Shown: piece after piece, positions 50,801 through 62,241 of the stretch
How positions within the stretch are numbered: position 1 is the stretch's first letter
Layout: every line of letters starts with the position of its first letter
Source: Pecten maximus
Taxonomy: Eukaryota
Assembly (NCBI RefSeq): GCF_902652985.1
Contig: NC_047028.1
Coordinates: forward strand, 9,610,001 to 9,674,000
Direction: 5' to 3'
DNA: 64,000 nt
Notes under the pieces: model-generated
Told to the model about the DNA's origin: nothing
The model's input: the letters and a program-made list of their open reading frames with translations, nothing else
The model's database searches: none
Position numbers and translations under genes: made by a program

Positions 50801-51493
50801 GGTAAATTGCTGAAACTCTTTCATGGAACACAGTCTCCAGCTGTTCAAATAGCCAATGCAGTGTCAACCCTTATGAAGTTACCAATCCTAGAACAAAATA
50901 TGAAAGCTGAAGGTGTAGTGTCAGAACTTTATTTTAAACTTTCTAGTACAGGTGATCGACACAAAATTACTGAAACCATATGTGAGGGTGTGCACTTAAT
51001 AGGAGCTACACATTCCAGAAATATTCAACCAAATCATTACATTGCAATTGCTCAATTTTTGAAAAGTGCTCCAGCAAAGTGCTTTGTGTTTTACAGGATT
51101 TTGATAAAAGGATTGATGTTCCATAGCAGTACTTATAAAGTTACATCAAGAAATTCATACACTGTGCAGTTTAAAATGGGAAGTCACACATTTATTGGAC
51201 AAATAGTGTTTTATGTAAAATGCTTCCCAGTTTGTACTTGTAGCGCAAGTTCTTGTAAATGTGCACAATTTATAGCTGTTGTTAGGAAAATATCAGTAGC
51301 AAAAAACATCCTGTGCCACCCTGGTGATGTTGTCACACCAAAACTTGATAACATTATGAGTGGTGTGTTGACTGATAACTATGTAGCAATTCCTGTTACG
51401 GATATATTAGACCTTTGTGCATTTGTTGACTTTTATCGCCAAGATCGAAGGGTATTTGTATGTGTACGACCAAACAGAAAAGAAGCAGATTAA
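47853..51493 (+). pseudogene. CMC/EnSpm (TnpD-like) DDE transposase, ~936 aa; exons 47853-48001, 48284-48460, 49009-51493; disrupted at ~50669-50766
   Basis: Phase-2 GT-AG introns join into the 559-aa ORF. Motifs: CxxC..CxxC, DIYDG, WYTDGVPLFKSS..LWP (first D), CDLPAK (second D), FNG.FGCxxC, IDYMH, WKASE.RSWL, and (after frame correction) LYG..MSANLHQLLHL..SCFSFESMNG (E). There is an extra A in the A7 run 50669-50675 and the expected GPL motif is missing at ~50766, leaving TAA TAA between. Confidence 0.9.
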
Positions 51494-51900
51494 TTAATGG
51501 GAAAACTAGATCACTTGGTAATTTTTTCCCTTTAGGATTAAATTAAAAAACAGTTTGTTCACATATATGACTGATTTTGTAATTTTGACTGTGTATCAGC
51601 TAGGTTTCATATGTAAATATATATATAATACTGAAGTCTGCTTTTTCTTCAGAAAAATGTGAAGATTGATTATTTGACAAATTCTTTTCAGATAATAATT
51701 GAATCTTCGGTTTCTTAATAGATTAAATTAACTTGTGTTCTATATATAGTTTCTATACTTGTCAGTCTTCATATATATAGCATGTATGTATTCATCTTCT
51801 TTCTAGTTGTGCATGTATTTATAAAAAGTTTATATCATAAATATAAAAAAAAATACAATAAATTTATTAAATTGCATCTTTTCTAATTTGTATATATGTA

Positions 51901-52534
51901 TTTATTAGGTCATCTGACTCAAAGGGTCAGGATGACCTATAGTCATTATGCTTTGTCCGTCGTCCGTTGTGCATACGCTTTTCACATTTCAAACTTCTTC
52001 TCAAGTTCCACTGGTGTAATCGATTGAGCTGGCACTTGCCTGGAATGATCCTGAGATAGTCCTGACCAAGTGGGGTTATTTATTGGATCGGTCTGAAATC
52101 CAAGATGACCGCCATCTTGGAGAACACAATTTAAACTTCTTCTCCACTTCCACTTGTGACATTGAGCTGGAAATCGGTGAGGATGTTAAGGGAGGGGAGC
52201 CAACAAAGTGTTATTTTTCAGCCTCATAAAAACTCTGAATATAACATAATATGGCAGCCATTTTATAACATGATTGCGCAATCATGGTTTCCCAGAACAA
52301 CACCTATTTTAAACATCTTCTCAAGTTTCACCAATAACTTAACTGAAATGATCCGGGAATGGTCCTGATCAAGTGTTGTTATTTTTCAGGTAAGTCTAAA
52401 ATCAAGAATAGCTGCCATGGCCAACAGTGCACTATATATACTGGGTACAGAGTATTTGTACTACAATAAATAGTATAAAGGTCATTAGAGTCAGATGTAC
52501 GTTATATGTATAAGGCCCAGGGGCCTCTTGTTTT
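51901..52534 (+). mobile_element. HINE-like element nested 3' of the transposase
   Basis: 5' TTATTAGGTCATCTGAC..GTCAGGATGACCTA hairpin, GTCCGTCGTCCG microsatellite, decayed internal repeats, 3' AAGGCCCAGGGGCCTCTTGTT hairpin. Confidence 0.7.
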
Positions 52535-53102
52535 ATATCTCTACAATAATAGATATGTTGGTCTGGTCCATTTTGCTATATAAGCATTTACAAAACCAAG
52601 AGTCTGCTAGCCAAGCTAGTGAATAATATTTGTTAGATATATATATATATAATTGTAATGAAGTAATAACGACAGTATACAAACTAGTTAATTATTGAAT
52701 TTTCGAGGCAATCTGCCCCTTTATCAATTACATTACATATTACAAACAATCACATATAGACATAGAACATGGAACAGTACGTTACACAAATATTGTTTTG
52801 TTGTGAAAACAATACCCCTCAGCTGATAAATAATTCGTGGAGGGCTTATTATAATTAATAGCAAAACATCTTGGGGTGGTGTACAGATGCCAAAAGAAAA
52901 ATGAATAGATAAATAATATAACTAAAAGGTTTAACAAAATAACATCGCAATATATATGTATATGATATATAGTTATATACATAGGTTATATTTATATATA
53001 TAACATAGTAACACAAATGACGAAGGAAGACAATTTTAGATTATATTTATATACAGATATTTATAATATATTGTTATATATATATATATGGTTATTTTTA
53101 TT

Positions 53103-53570
53103 TGCAAGCCTTAATTATGATATTGTGGTGATTTATATGAATTCATAGTCTTGGCAAGCTTGCAGAAAACCCGCAAGCTTGCAGAAAGACTCGCAAGCTA
53201 ACAGAAATACTCGCAAGCTTGCAGAAATACCCGCAAGCTTGCAGAAAGACACGCAAGCTAACAGAAATACTCGCAAGCTTGCAGAAAGACCCCGCAAGCT
53301 TGCAGAAAGACCCCGCAAGCTTGCAGAAAGACCCCGCAAGCTTGCAGAAAGGCCGCAAGCTTGCAGAAAGACTCCGCAAGCTTGCAAAAAGACCCGCAAG
53401 CTTGCAGAAAGACTCGCAAGCTTGCGATCTTAATTTTGCAAGCTTATAGATAGCTTGCTATATGAACCAAATTCCCTGCGAGCTTGCGCAAGCTTCCTAC
53501 TAGCTTGCATATAGCTTGCAGAGAGTAAAATAAGCTTGCGGCAAGCTCGTCGCAAGCTTGCGGCAAGCAA
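53103..53570. repeat. Right subterminal repeat array of the transposon
   Basis: More than 20 copies or half-copies of GCAAGCTTGC; 53154-53425 has a regular ~20-21-bp period (CGCAAGCTTGCAGAAAGACCC-like). Confidence 0.92.
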
Positions 53571-53585
53571 GTATTTTTGTTTGGG

Positions 53586-56572
53586 ACTAGCTGTACTATC
53601 TCAGCCCCTCTATATGATACCCTGGGTGTTTGAAGTAATAAGACCCACTAGCTGTACTATCTCAGCCCTCTATATGATACCCTGGGTGTTTGAAGTAATA
53701 AGACCCACTAGCTGTACTATCTCAGCCCTCTATATGATACCCTAGGTGTTTGAAGTAATAAGACCCACTAGCTGTACTATCTCACCCTCTATATGATACC
53801 CTGGGTGTTTGAAGTAATAAGACCCACTAGCTGTACTATCTCACCCTCTATATAATACCCTGGGTGTTTGAAGTAATAAGACACACTAGCTGTACTATCT
53901 CAGCCCTCTATATGATACCCTAGGTGTTTGAAGTAATAAGACCCACTAGCTGTACTATCTCAGCCCCTCTATATGATACCCTGGGTGTTTGAAGTAATTA
54001 GACCCACTAGCTGTACTATCTCACCCTCTATATGATACCCTGGGTGTTTGAAGTAATAAGACACACTAGCTGTACTATCTCACCCTCTATATGATACCCC
54101 GGGTGTTTGAAGTAATAAGACACACTAGCTGTACTATCTCAGCCCCTCTATATGATACCCTGGGTGTTTGAAGTAATAAGACCCACTAGCTGTACTATCT
54201 CAGCCCCTCTATATGATACCCTAGGTGTTTGAAGTAATAAGACACACTAGCTGTACTATCCCAGCCCTCTATATGATATCCTGGGTGTTTGAAGTAATAA
54301 GACACACTAGCTGTACTATCCCAGCCCTCTATATGATACCCTGGGTGTTTGAAGTAATAAGACCCACTAGCTGTACTATCTCACCCTCTATATGATACCC
54401 TGGGTGTTTGAAGTAATAAGACACACTAGCTGTACTATCTCAGCCCCTCTATATAATACCCTGGGTGTTTGAAGTAATAAGACACACTAGCTGTACTATC
54501 CCAGCCCTCTATATGATATCCTGGGTGTTTGAAGTAATAAGACACACTAGCTGTACTATCTCAGCCCTCTATATGATATCCTGGGTGTTTGAAGTAATAA
54601 GACACACTAGCTGTACTATCTCAGCCCTCTATATGATATCCTGGGTGTTTGAAGTAATAAGACCCACTAGCTGTACTATCCCAGCCCTCTATATGATACC
54701 CTAGGTGTTTGAAGTAATAAGACCCACTAGCTGTACTATCTCACCCTCTATATGATATCCTGGGTGTTTGAAGTAATAAGACCCACTAGCTGTACTATCT
54801 CACCCTCTATATAATACCCTAGGTGTTTGAAGTAATAAGACACACTAGCTGTACTATCTCACCCTCTATATAATACCCTGGGTGTTTGAAGTAATAAGAC
54901 CCACTAGCTGTACAATCCCAGCCCCTCTATATGATACCCTGGGTGTTTGAAGTAATAAGACCCACTAGCTGTACTATCTCAGCCCTCTATATGATACCCT
55001 GGGTGTTTGAAGTAATAAGACACACTAGCTGTACTATCTCAGCCCCTCTATATGATACCCTGGGTGTTTGAAGTAATAAGACACACTAGCTGTACTATCT
55101 CAGCCCTCTATATGATATCCTGGGTGTTTGAAGTAATAAGACACACTAGCTGTACTATCTCACCCTCTATATGATACCCTGGGTGTTTGAAGTAATAAGA
55201 CCCACTAGCTGTACTATCCCAGCCCTCTATATGATATCCTGGGTGTTTGAAGTAATAAGACACACTAGCTGTACTATCTCACCCTCTATATGATACCCTG
55301 GGTGTTTGAAGTAATAAGACCCACTAGCTGTACTATCTCACCCTCTATATGATACCCTGGGTGTTTGAAGTAATAAGACACACTAGCTGTACTATCTCAC
55401 CCTCTATATGATACCCTGGGTGTTTGAAGTAATAAGACCCACTAGCTGTACTATCTCACCCTCTATATGATACCCTGGGTGTTTGAAGTAATAAGACCCA
55501 CTAGCTGTACTATCTCAGCCCTCTATATGATATCCTGGGTGTTTGAAGTAATAAGACACACTAGCTGTACTATCTCACCCTCTATATAATACCCTGGGTG
55601 TTTGAAGTAATAAGACACACTAGCTGTACTATCTCAGCCCCTCTATATAATACCCTAGGTGTTTGAAGTAATAAGACCCACTAGCTGTACTATCTCACCC
55701 TCTATATGATACCCTAGGTGTTTGAAGTAATAAGACCCACTAGCTGTACTATCCCACCCTCTATATGATACCCTAGGTGTTTGAAGTAATAAGACACACT
55801 AGCTGTACTATCTCAGCCCCTCTATATGATACCCTGGGTGTTTGAAGTAATAAGACACACTAGCTGTACTATCCCACACCTCTATATCACACCCTAGGTG
55901 TTTGAAGTAATAAGACCCACTAGCTGTACTATCTCAGCCCCTCTATATGACACCCTGGGTGTTTGAAGTAATAAGACCCACTAGCTGTACTATCTCACCC
56001 TCTATATGATACCCTAGGTGTTTGAAGTAATAAGACACACTAGCTGTACTATCTCACCCTCTATATGATACCCTGGGTGTTTGAAGTAATAAGACCCACT
56101 AGCTGTACTATCTCAGCCCTCTATATGATACCCTGGGTGTTTGAAGTAATAAGACCCACTAGTTGTACTATCTCAGCCCTCTATATGATATCCTGGGTGT
56201 TTGAAGTAATAAGACCCACTAGCTGTACTATCTCAGCCCTCTATATGATACCCTGGGTGTTTGAAGTAATAAGACACACTAGCTGTACTATCTCACCCTC
56301 TATATGATACACTGGGTGTTTGAAGTAATAAGACCCACTAGCTGTACTATCTCAGCCCCTCTATATGATACCCTAGGTGTTTGAAGTAATAAGACACACT
56401 AGCTGTACTATCTCACCCTCTATATGATACCCTGGGTGTTTGAAGTAATAAGACACACTAGCTGTACTATCTCACCCTCTATATGATACCCTAGGTGTTT
56501 GAAGTAATAAGACCCACTAGCTGTACTATCTCAGCCCCTCTATATGACACCTTTGGAGTTTGGAGTAATAAG
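53586..56572. repeat. 59-61 bp satellite, right part (~50 units)
   Basis: Resumes at ACTAGCTGTACTATC exactly where the left array stopped, apart from the AC duplication. Confidence 0.97.
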
Positions 56573-57290
56573 ATATTGAAAATGGTTGTTTGTAAATGCA
56601 TATAAATGAATGTTGGATGATTAAGTTCCAAATAACACTTCTCATTAGATGCCCACATAGCTAGATGTTCAATAATGCAAGTGCCCTTCTCCAGTTTCTG
56701 ATAGGAATGAATTATAGATCAGACTAATGTGGCAGATGATACAGGACTTCTAGCTAGGTAGTATGTACATATATGTTTGTGTTATAGGTTTTGTGCCAAT
56801 TATAATATTTGTTTGTTTACTGGGTTTATCACTTTATGATTAAGTGGGATAATTTTGTGGCAGATTATACGTGTAGCAGCTGTTGGCTTCCACACTGACC
56901 ACATGTACATAAGGGAAGGGTCCATCACATGCTATTTAGAACAATTAGGTTAACAATAATTGTTTTGCCTATACAGTTACAACCACAACACAAACACTGG
57001 ACAGTCTGTGGTCCCAGCTACCAGAGAAACACCAGTCATGCATCAGATCTTTAATTTATGATGAATGGACTGGCCAGCAGACTAGAGGCATTAGGGTTAT
57101 ATTGAACACCTAGCTCTGTAAATTGGGATGATCTGGAGTGTTAATGAGATTTGAAGAAATTCTAAAAAAAACAATAGAAAATGCAGACATAAGGAAACTA
57201 TTAATTCTCACCTAAATCAATAAAATGAGGAAAAACCATAGTAAAAATTACACAGCAAATCAGACCAGGTGTTCTGGAAGGGTAAGCGTC

Positions 57291-58400
57291 CTCTGCTTCA
57301 TCATCAACACCTGTCGTACAAATCTTTGTTTCATCATGATCATCAACACCTGTCGTACAAATCTCTGCTTCATCAACAACGCCTGTCATACAAATCTCTG
57401 CTTCATCATCAACACCTGTCATACAAATCTCTGCTTCATCATCAACACCTGTCGTACAAATCTCTGCTTCATCAACAACACCTGTCGTACAAATCTCTGC
57501 TTCATCAACAACACCTATCATAAAAATCTCTGCTTCATCAACAACACCTGTTGTACAAATCTCTGCTTCATCAACAACACCTGTCGTACAAATATTTGCT
57601 TCATCAACAACACCTGTCGTACAAATCTCTGCTACATCAACAACACCTATCATAAAAATCTCTGCTTCATCAACAACACATGCTGTACAAATCTCTGCTT
57701 CATCAACAACACCTGTCGTACAAATCATTGTTTCATCAACAACACCTGTCGTACAAATCTTTGTTTCATCAACAACACCTGCCGTACAAATATCTGCTTC
57801 ATCAACAACATCTGCCGTACAAATCTCTGCTTCATCATCAACACCTGTAGTACAAATCTCTGCTTCATCAACAACACCTGTCGTACAAATCTCTGCTTAA
57901 TCATCAACCCCTGTCGTACAAATCTCTGCTTCATCAACAACACCTGTCGTACAAATCTAAGTAAAGCTTCATCAACGACACCTGTCGTACAAATCTCTGC
58001 TTCATCATCAACACCTGTCGTACAAATCTCTGCTTCATCAACAACACCTGTTGTACAAATCTAAGTAAAGCTTCATCAACAACACCTGTCGTACAAATCT
58101 CTGCTTCATCAATAGCACCTGTCATAAAAATCTCTGCTTCATCAACAACACCTGTCGTACAAATCTCTGCTTCATCATCAACACCTGTCGTACAAATCTC
58201 TGCTTCATCATCAACACCTGTCGTACAAACCTAAGTAAAGCTTCATCAAGAACACCTGTCGTACAAATCTCTGCTTCATCATCAACACCTGTCATACAAA
58301 TCTCTGCTTCATCAACAACACCTGTCGTACAAATCTCTGCTTCATCATCAACACCTGTCATACAAATATCTGCTTCATCAACAACACCTGTCATGCAAAT
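57291..58400. repeat. 33-bp minisatellite (~33 units)
   Basis: Unit CTCTGCTTCATCAACAACACCTGTCGTACAAAT. Confidence 0.95.
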
Positions 58401-59639
58401 CTAAGTAAAATCTGGTTTAAGTCACATTCAAAATGTGACCTTGTGTATAGTTACAGGAAACCACAAGGCATATAAACATTCATGTCTGACTTCATATCAC
58501 ATAAGGAAATACAACTTTTTATGATCAGATATGATCATCATCCAAATGATTATTTATCCAAGGCAACAGAGTTGGGTGTATGATAAGTAATGCCAATGGA
58601 TCAATCAAGTTATATTTATTACTGGTGTGGATTATAATTAACTATAGACCAGTGTGTCATGGCAACAGCTAATGATACAGAACTTAACAAGCCGTCAGAA
58701 GTTAAAGTACTTTTAAATGTACTTGCTGGACCAGTATTGATTAGAATTCTGCAAACCAAGAATATTTCACCCTCATAGGCCTGTGTAGCTCCAATTTTTC
58801 ATTAGACTGAATTCCAGATTTGGTACAGCCCAGCAGTATAATGGGTGGTAGGTTTGTACTGCCCTGACATTTTGATATATAGTAATGGTATACACCATTG
58901 ACATCAAATTTATCATGGCCTCAATAGGATTCACACACTAGTTTTGTTAATTGGAATATTTAATGTTGCCAGAAAATAGTCCCAAATCTTTCTCAGAATC
59001 TTGAACTTATAAAATTGAATTTTGCTTCTTATGATTGATTCATCCTGATATATAGACATATATGAACATGGACATTTCAGTTCAATGCTATCACAACTTT
59101 ACATACAAAGCATTTGTTCACATCCTTTCCCAACTTATTTGGGATTAAAATGCAATTAAATATTCAAGTGATATTTATTTTAACAAGCTTTGTTCCTTCT
59201 TAGGTGACCTTGGAATGAGGTTTTCTAAGTGTTGATCCAAGCTTTGAGTAAGAAATAGTGTTACATTTTTTTTTTTTAGTGAATTAAGTGGATTTTTGGA
59301 CTAATGCCTGTGGGGAGAGATAGGGGTTGGAGGTGACTGGCATGTCAGAGGGATTGTTTATAGAGGTAGTTATCTGTGTACTGACAACAGCTTCATAGGG
59401 ATTATATCTGGGGGCAGAGCTAGAAGTAAGAACTGGTTTATAACAGTCACTGCTGAAACAACACAATTTAAAGTCTGTATACAGTAGCTGTAGTCTTCTG
59501 TTGGTTGCACTTTCCTGTAGGTACCACCTACTGTTCCTATTGCATGATTGTAAGAGGTGCCTACATTTGGTATCTTTTCTCCTTTCTAAGCAACTTTTTC
59601 CTTCCTAATGTCTCCCTTGACACTGCCTCCCTTTTGATC

Positions 59640-60570
59640 CTTAGTTGAGCATTTGCCCCTGTGAGAAAGACTTTGGGTTATGTCCCCCTGGCTGAGACAT
59701 ACCAGAGTTAGTGTATGTAGTTCCTTGTCTTGCTAAATACTCAGCATAATGGGAGTGGGACGACTGTTTGGCCCGGTGGGGTGCGTGGCCAGTCCTGGGT
59801 GTCTATTGGGAGTGGGACGACTGTTTGGCCCGGTGGGATGTGTGGCCAGTCCTGGGTGTCTATTGGGAGTGGGACGACTGTTTGGCCCGGTGGGGTGCGT
59901 GGCCAGTCCTGGGTGTCTATTGGGAGTGGGACGACTGTTTGGCCCGGTGGGATGTGTGGCCAGTCCTGGATGTCTTTTGGGAGTGGTACGACTGTTTGGC
60001 CCAGTGGGGTGCGTGGCCAGTCCTGGGTGTCTATTGGGAGTGGGATGACTGTTTGGCCCGGTGGGGTGCGTGGCCAGTCCTGGGTGTCTATTGGGAGTGG
60101 GACGACTGTTTGGCCCGGTGGGGTGTGTGGCCAGTCCTGGGTGTCTATTGGGAGTGGGACGACTGTTTGGCCCGGTGGGGTGCTGGCCAGTCCTGGGTGT
60201 CTATTGGGAGTGGGACAACTGTTTGGCCCGGTGGGATGTGTGGCCAGTCCTGGGTGTCTATTGGGAGTGGGACAACTGTTTGGCCCGGTGGGGTGCGTGG
60301 CCAGTCCTGGGTGTCTATTGGGAGTGGGACAACTGTTTGGCCCGGTGGGGTGCGTAGCCAGTCCTGGGTGTCTATTGGGAGTGGGACGACTGTTTGGCCC
60401 GGTGGGGTGTGTGGCCAGTCCTGGGTGTCTCAGGCAGTATGCTTCTGTGATGTATGATCAGTATAAATCCAACATCAGTTCCATGCTGTCAGAAGGAGAA
60501 AAAACTCTAAAATACTGCAGACTCCCAAAACACACAAATGAGGCTGTCCTTAAATGTTTTAAAAAAAAAA
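59640..60570 (+). mobile_element. Decayed tRNA-derived SINE (Meta-domain-like) containing an internally amplified 57-bp array
   Basis: Degenerate tRNA-like head, then GAGACATACCAGAG..CTCAGCATAAT. After the array: GGCAGTATGCTTCTGTGA..CTCCCAAAACACAC..GTCCTTAAATG; this tail motif is shared with the SINE at 19021. Family name is from recollection. Confidence 0.55.
59751..60430. repeat. 57-bp G-rich minisatellite (~12 units)
   Basis: Unit GGGAGTGGGACGACTGTTTGGCCCGGTGGGGTGCGTGGCCAGTCCTGGGTGTCTATT. Confidence 0.95.
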
Positions 60571-61825
60571 TCTAAATTAGTTGCAAGTGTCAACGTTTAA
60601 CCCTGTCATATACCAATACAATATTACTTAAGTACAGTCAACCCTGTCATATGCCAATATAATATTACTAAAGTACAGTCAACCCTGTCATATATATACC
60701 AATATAATATTACTAAAGTATCTTACAATATGCATTGTGATGCATTACCTATCATCACCAAAATGTTTCACAATTGTAACCTATATATTTCAACAAATGA
60801 TTGGTAAATTTATATGTAATTCTTTGAAGAGGATGTGTTTAAAGAAGAAATTTCAATTAATATTACAAAAATGGTACATATATATAAAATAGACTGCTCA
60901 CTATAGAACAACCAGCTAGTTCCAAAAGTATATACCGGTAATCAAATGTCGTTATAAAACAAATGTTCAAACATTGTGGTGCTTTGTTTGAAATTATATC
61001 CTTTCTGTACTAGCCTGTAATATAAGGAACCTGGAAGGGGAAGGTTTAAAATCTTAACAAGCTGAAGATAACCTTGATTTGGGATCATCAGAGTGGGAAG
61101 TACTTAGCACTTAGTCTGGGTTTGAGATGGTTATCAGAGAGTCATTAAGGGCAAAATGAAGATTTCTCTGTTTTAATACAGTAATTATCATTTGAATTAA
61201 TGTAGTGCACTTTGAGAATTAGAAATAAACAAGAATGCAGGCCTTGTTTTAGAGAAAGTCAGGGGGACTATCAGAGATGAGATTTGTTTATGTGATGTTT
61301 GGAGTTCATTAGGCCATACTGATAGACACAGACAGTACTGAATCAAGGCTGTATTGTAAGGAGCTCCTATAATGGAGGTGAATGGGTGAGGAATCTCACT
61401 CTCCATAGTGAAATAGCACTGATTGAAAGGAGAGAAAAAAATAGAACATAAAAATCAGTTTGAAAAGTTTTTTTTTCTTGAGGGAAGGGAGATTCCATTC
61501 TCAATGTGATTTAGGTAATACCTTTCCCTAGTTTCCCTATCTATTTCTATAAATTCGTGACACAACTGAGCTATATAGAGTACCTTTTGTTGTTCTTTTG
61601 TTGGGAGAATAATGTTGAGGTAGATTTTTCAGGAATCCTGCAAATAAAAAATTGACTTTCAGGAAACTGAAGAAGATTTTGAGATATTTTTCTTTCCCAA
61701 ACCAAATGTTTTAACTTCATTCTTATAAAGAAAAATATTTTGAAGTACCAGGTAGGTTATATTCATTTCCAGATTTTTTTAATGAATATACTCTAAACAT
61801 TTTATTCGTATGTTATATTTTCCAG

Positions 61826-61955
61826 TCGGAACCAGCTTTCCGTGATCCCAGCATTCATCTCCCATTTACACCAACTGGAAGTCCTGATTGCTAGTCACAA
61901 CAAGCTGGTCTCGCTTCCGGAGGAGATTGGTGTTCTCGACAAACTCATGGAAATA
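61826..61955 (+). CDS. LRCH: LRCH coding exon 3 (gene continues beyond the window)
   Basis: TTTTCCAG acceptor; reads (S)RNQLSVIPAFISHLHQLEVLIASHNKLVSLPEEIGVLDKLMEI, matching LRCH SRNQLS.LP....L.VLIAS.NKLVSLPEEIG; GTAAGT donor. Not in the ORF track. Confidence 0.93.
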
Positions 61956-62241
61956 GTAAGTTACATATGAAGGTGATAATGTATGTCAGTAGTTTAAAGT
62001 GAACAAGAAAAAAAAAGAAAAAAATATACAGAAGACCCCAACAGTGATTTTCACATAGTCCTGTTGGCAAGTCACGCTGACCAATCTAGGTCGGAGACTG
62101 ACACAACCAAAGCTGATGGTGATCCAGTCATCGTCATTCTGCACATCCACATCATCATATCCCAACAATAATGCAATTTTAAGTGGACAAACAAACTAAA
62201 ATTTCACACTCTGCTGTCTTATGAGGAGTGCTTGTGTGTGA

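Larger units (their letters stand above)
39345..53585. mobile_element. 14,241-bp CMC/EnSpm(CACTA)-superfamily DNA transposon carrying a transposase and a BEN-domain accessory gene
   Basis: Left end CCCAAACAGAAAT, right end ATTTTTGTTTGGG (13-bp TIR, 1 mismatch; CCCAA fits the CMCWR terminus). 2-bp AC TSD at 39343-44 / 53586-87, reconstructable from the interrupted satellite unit GACCCACTAGCTG. Subterminal palindrome arrays and a CACTA-type transposase inside. Confidence 0.93.

Noticed and set aside
53133-53449. Repeat with variable linkers resembling a CRISPR array, and overlapping ORFs on both strands
   Set aside because: Linkers are only ~10 bp and similar to each other, there are no cas genes, and the context is eukaryotic. 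Explained as transposon subterminal repeats.
53536-56307. ORFs with MIPWVFEVIRPTSCTISALY repeats (also 38297-39252)
   Set aside because: Translations of the 60-bp satellite, broken by 59/61-bp variants.
57201-58394. 175-279 aa Cys-rich or acidic repetitive ORFs
   Set aside because: The 33-bp unit is divisible by 3, so several frames on both strands stay open; no splice or domain support.
59730-60575. 281-aa and 229-aa Gly/Trp-rich ORFs
   Set aside because: The 57-bp array is open in all three frames; it lies inside a SINE remnant.
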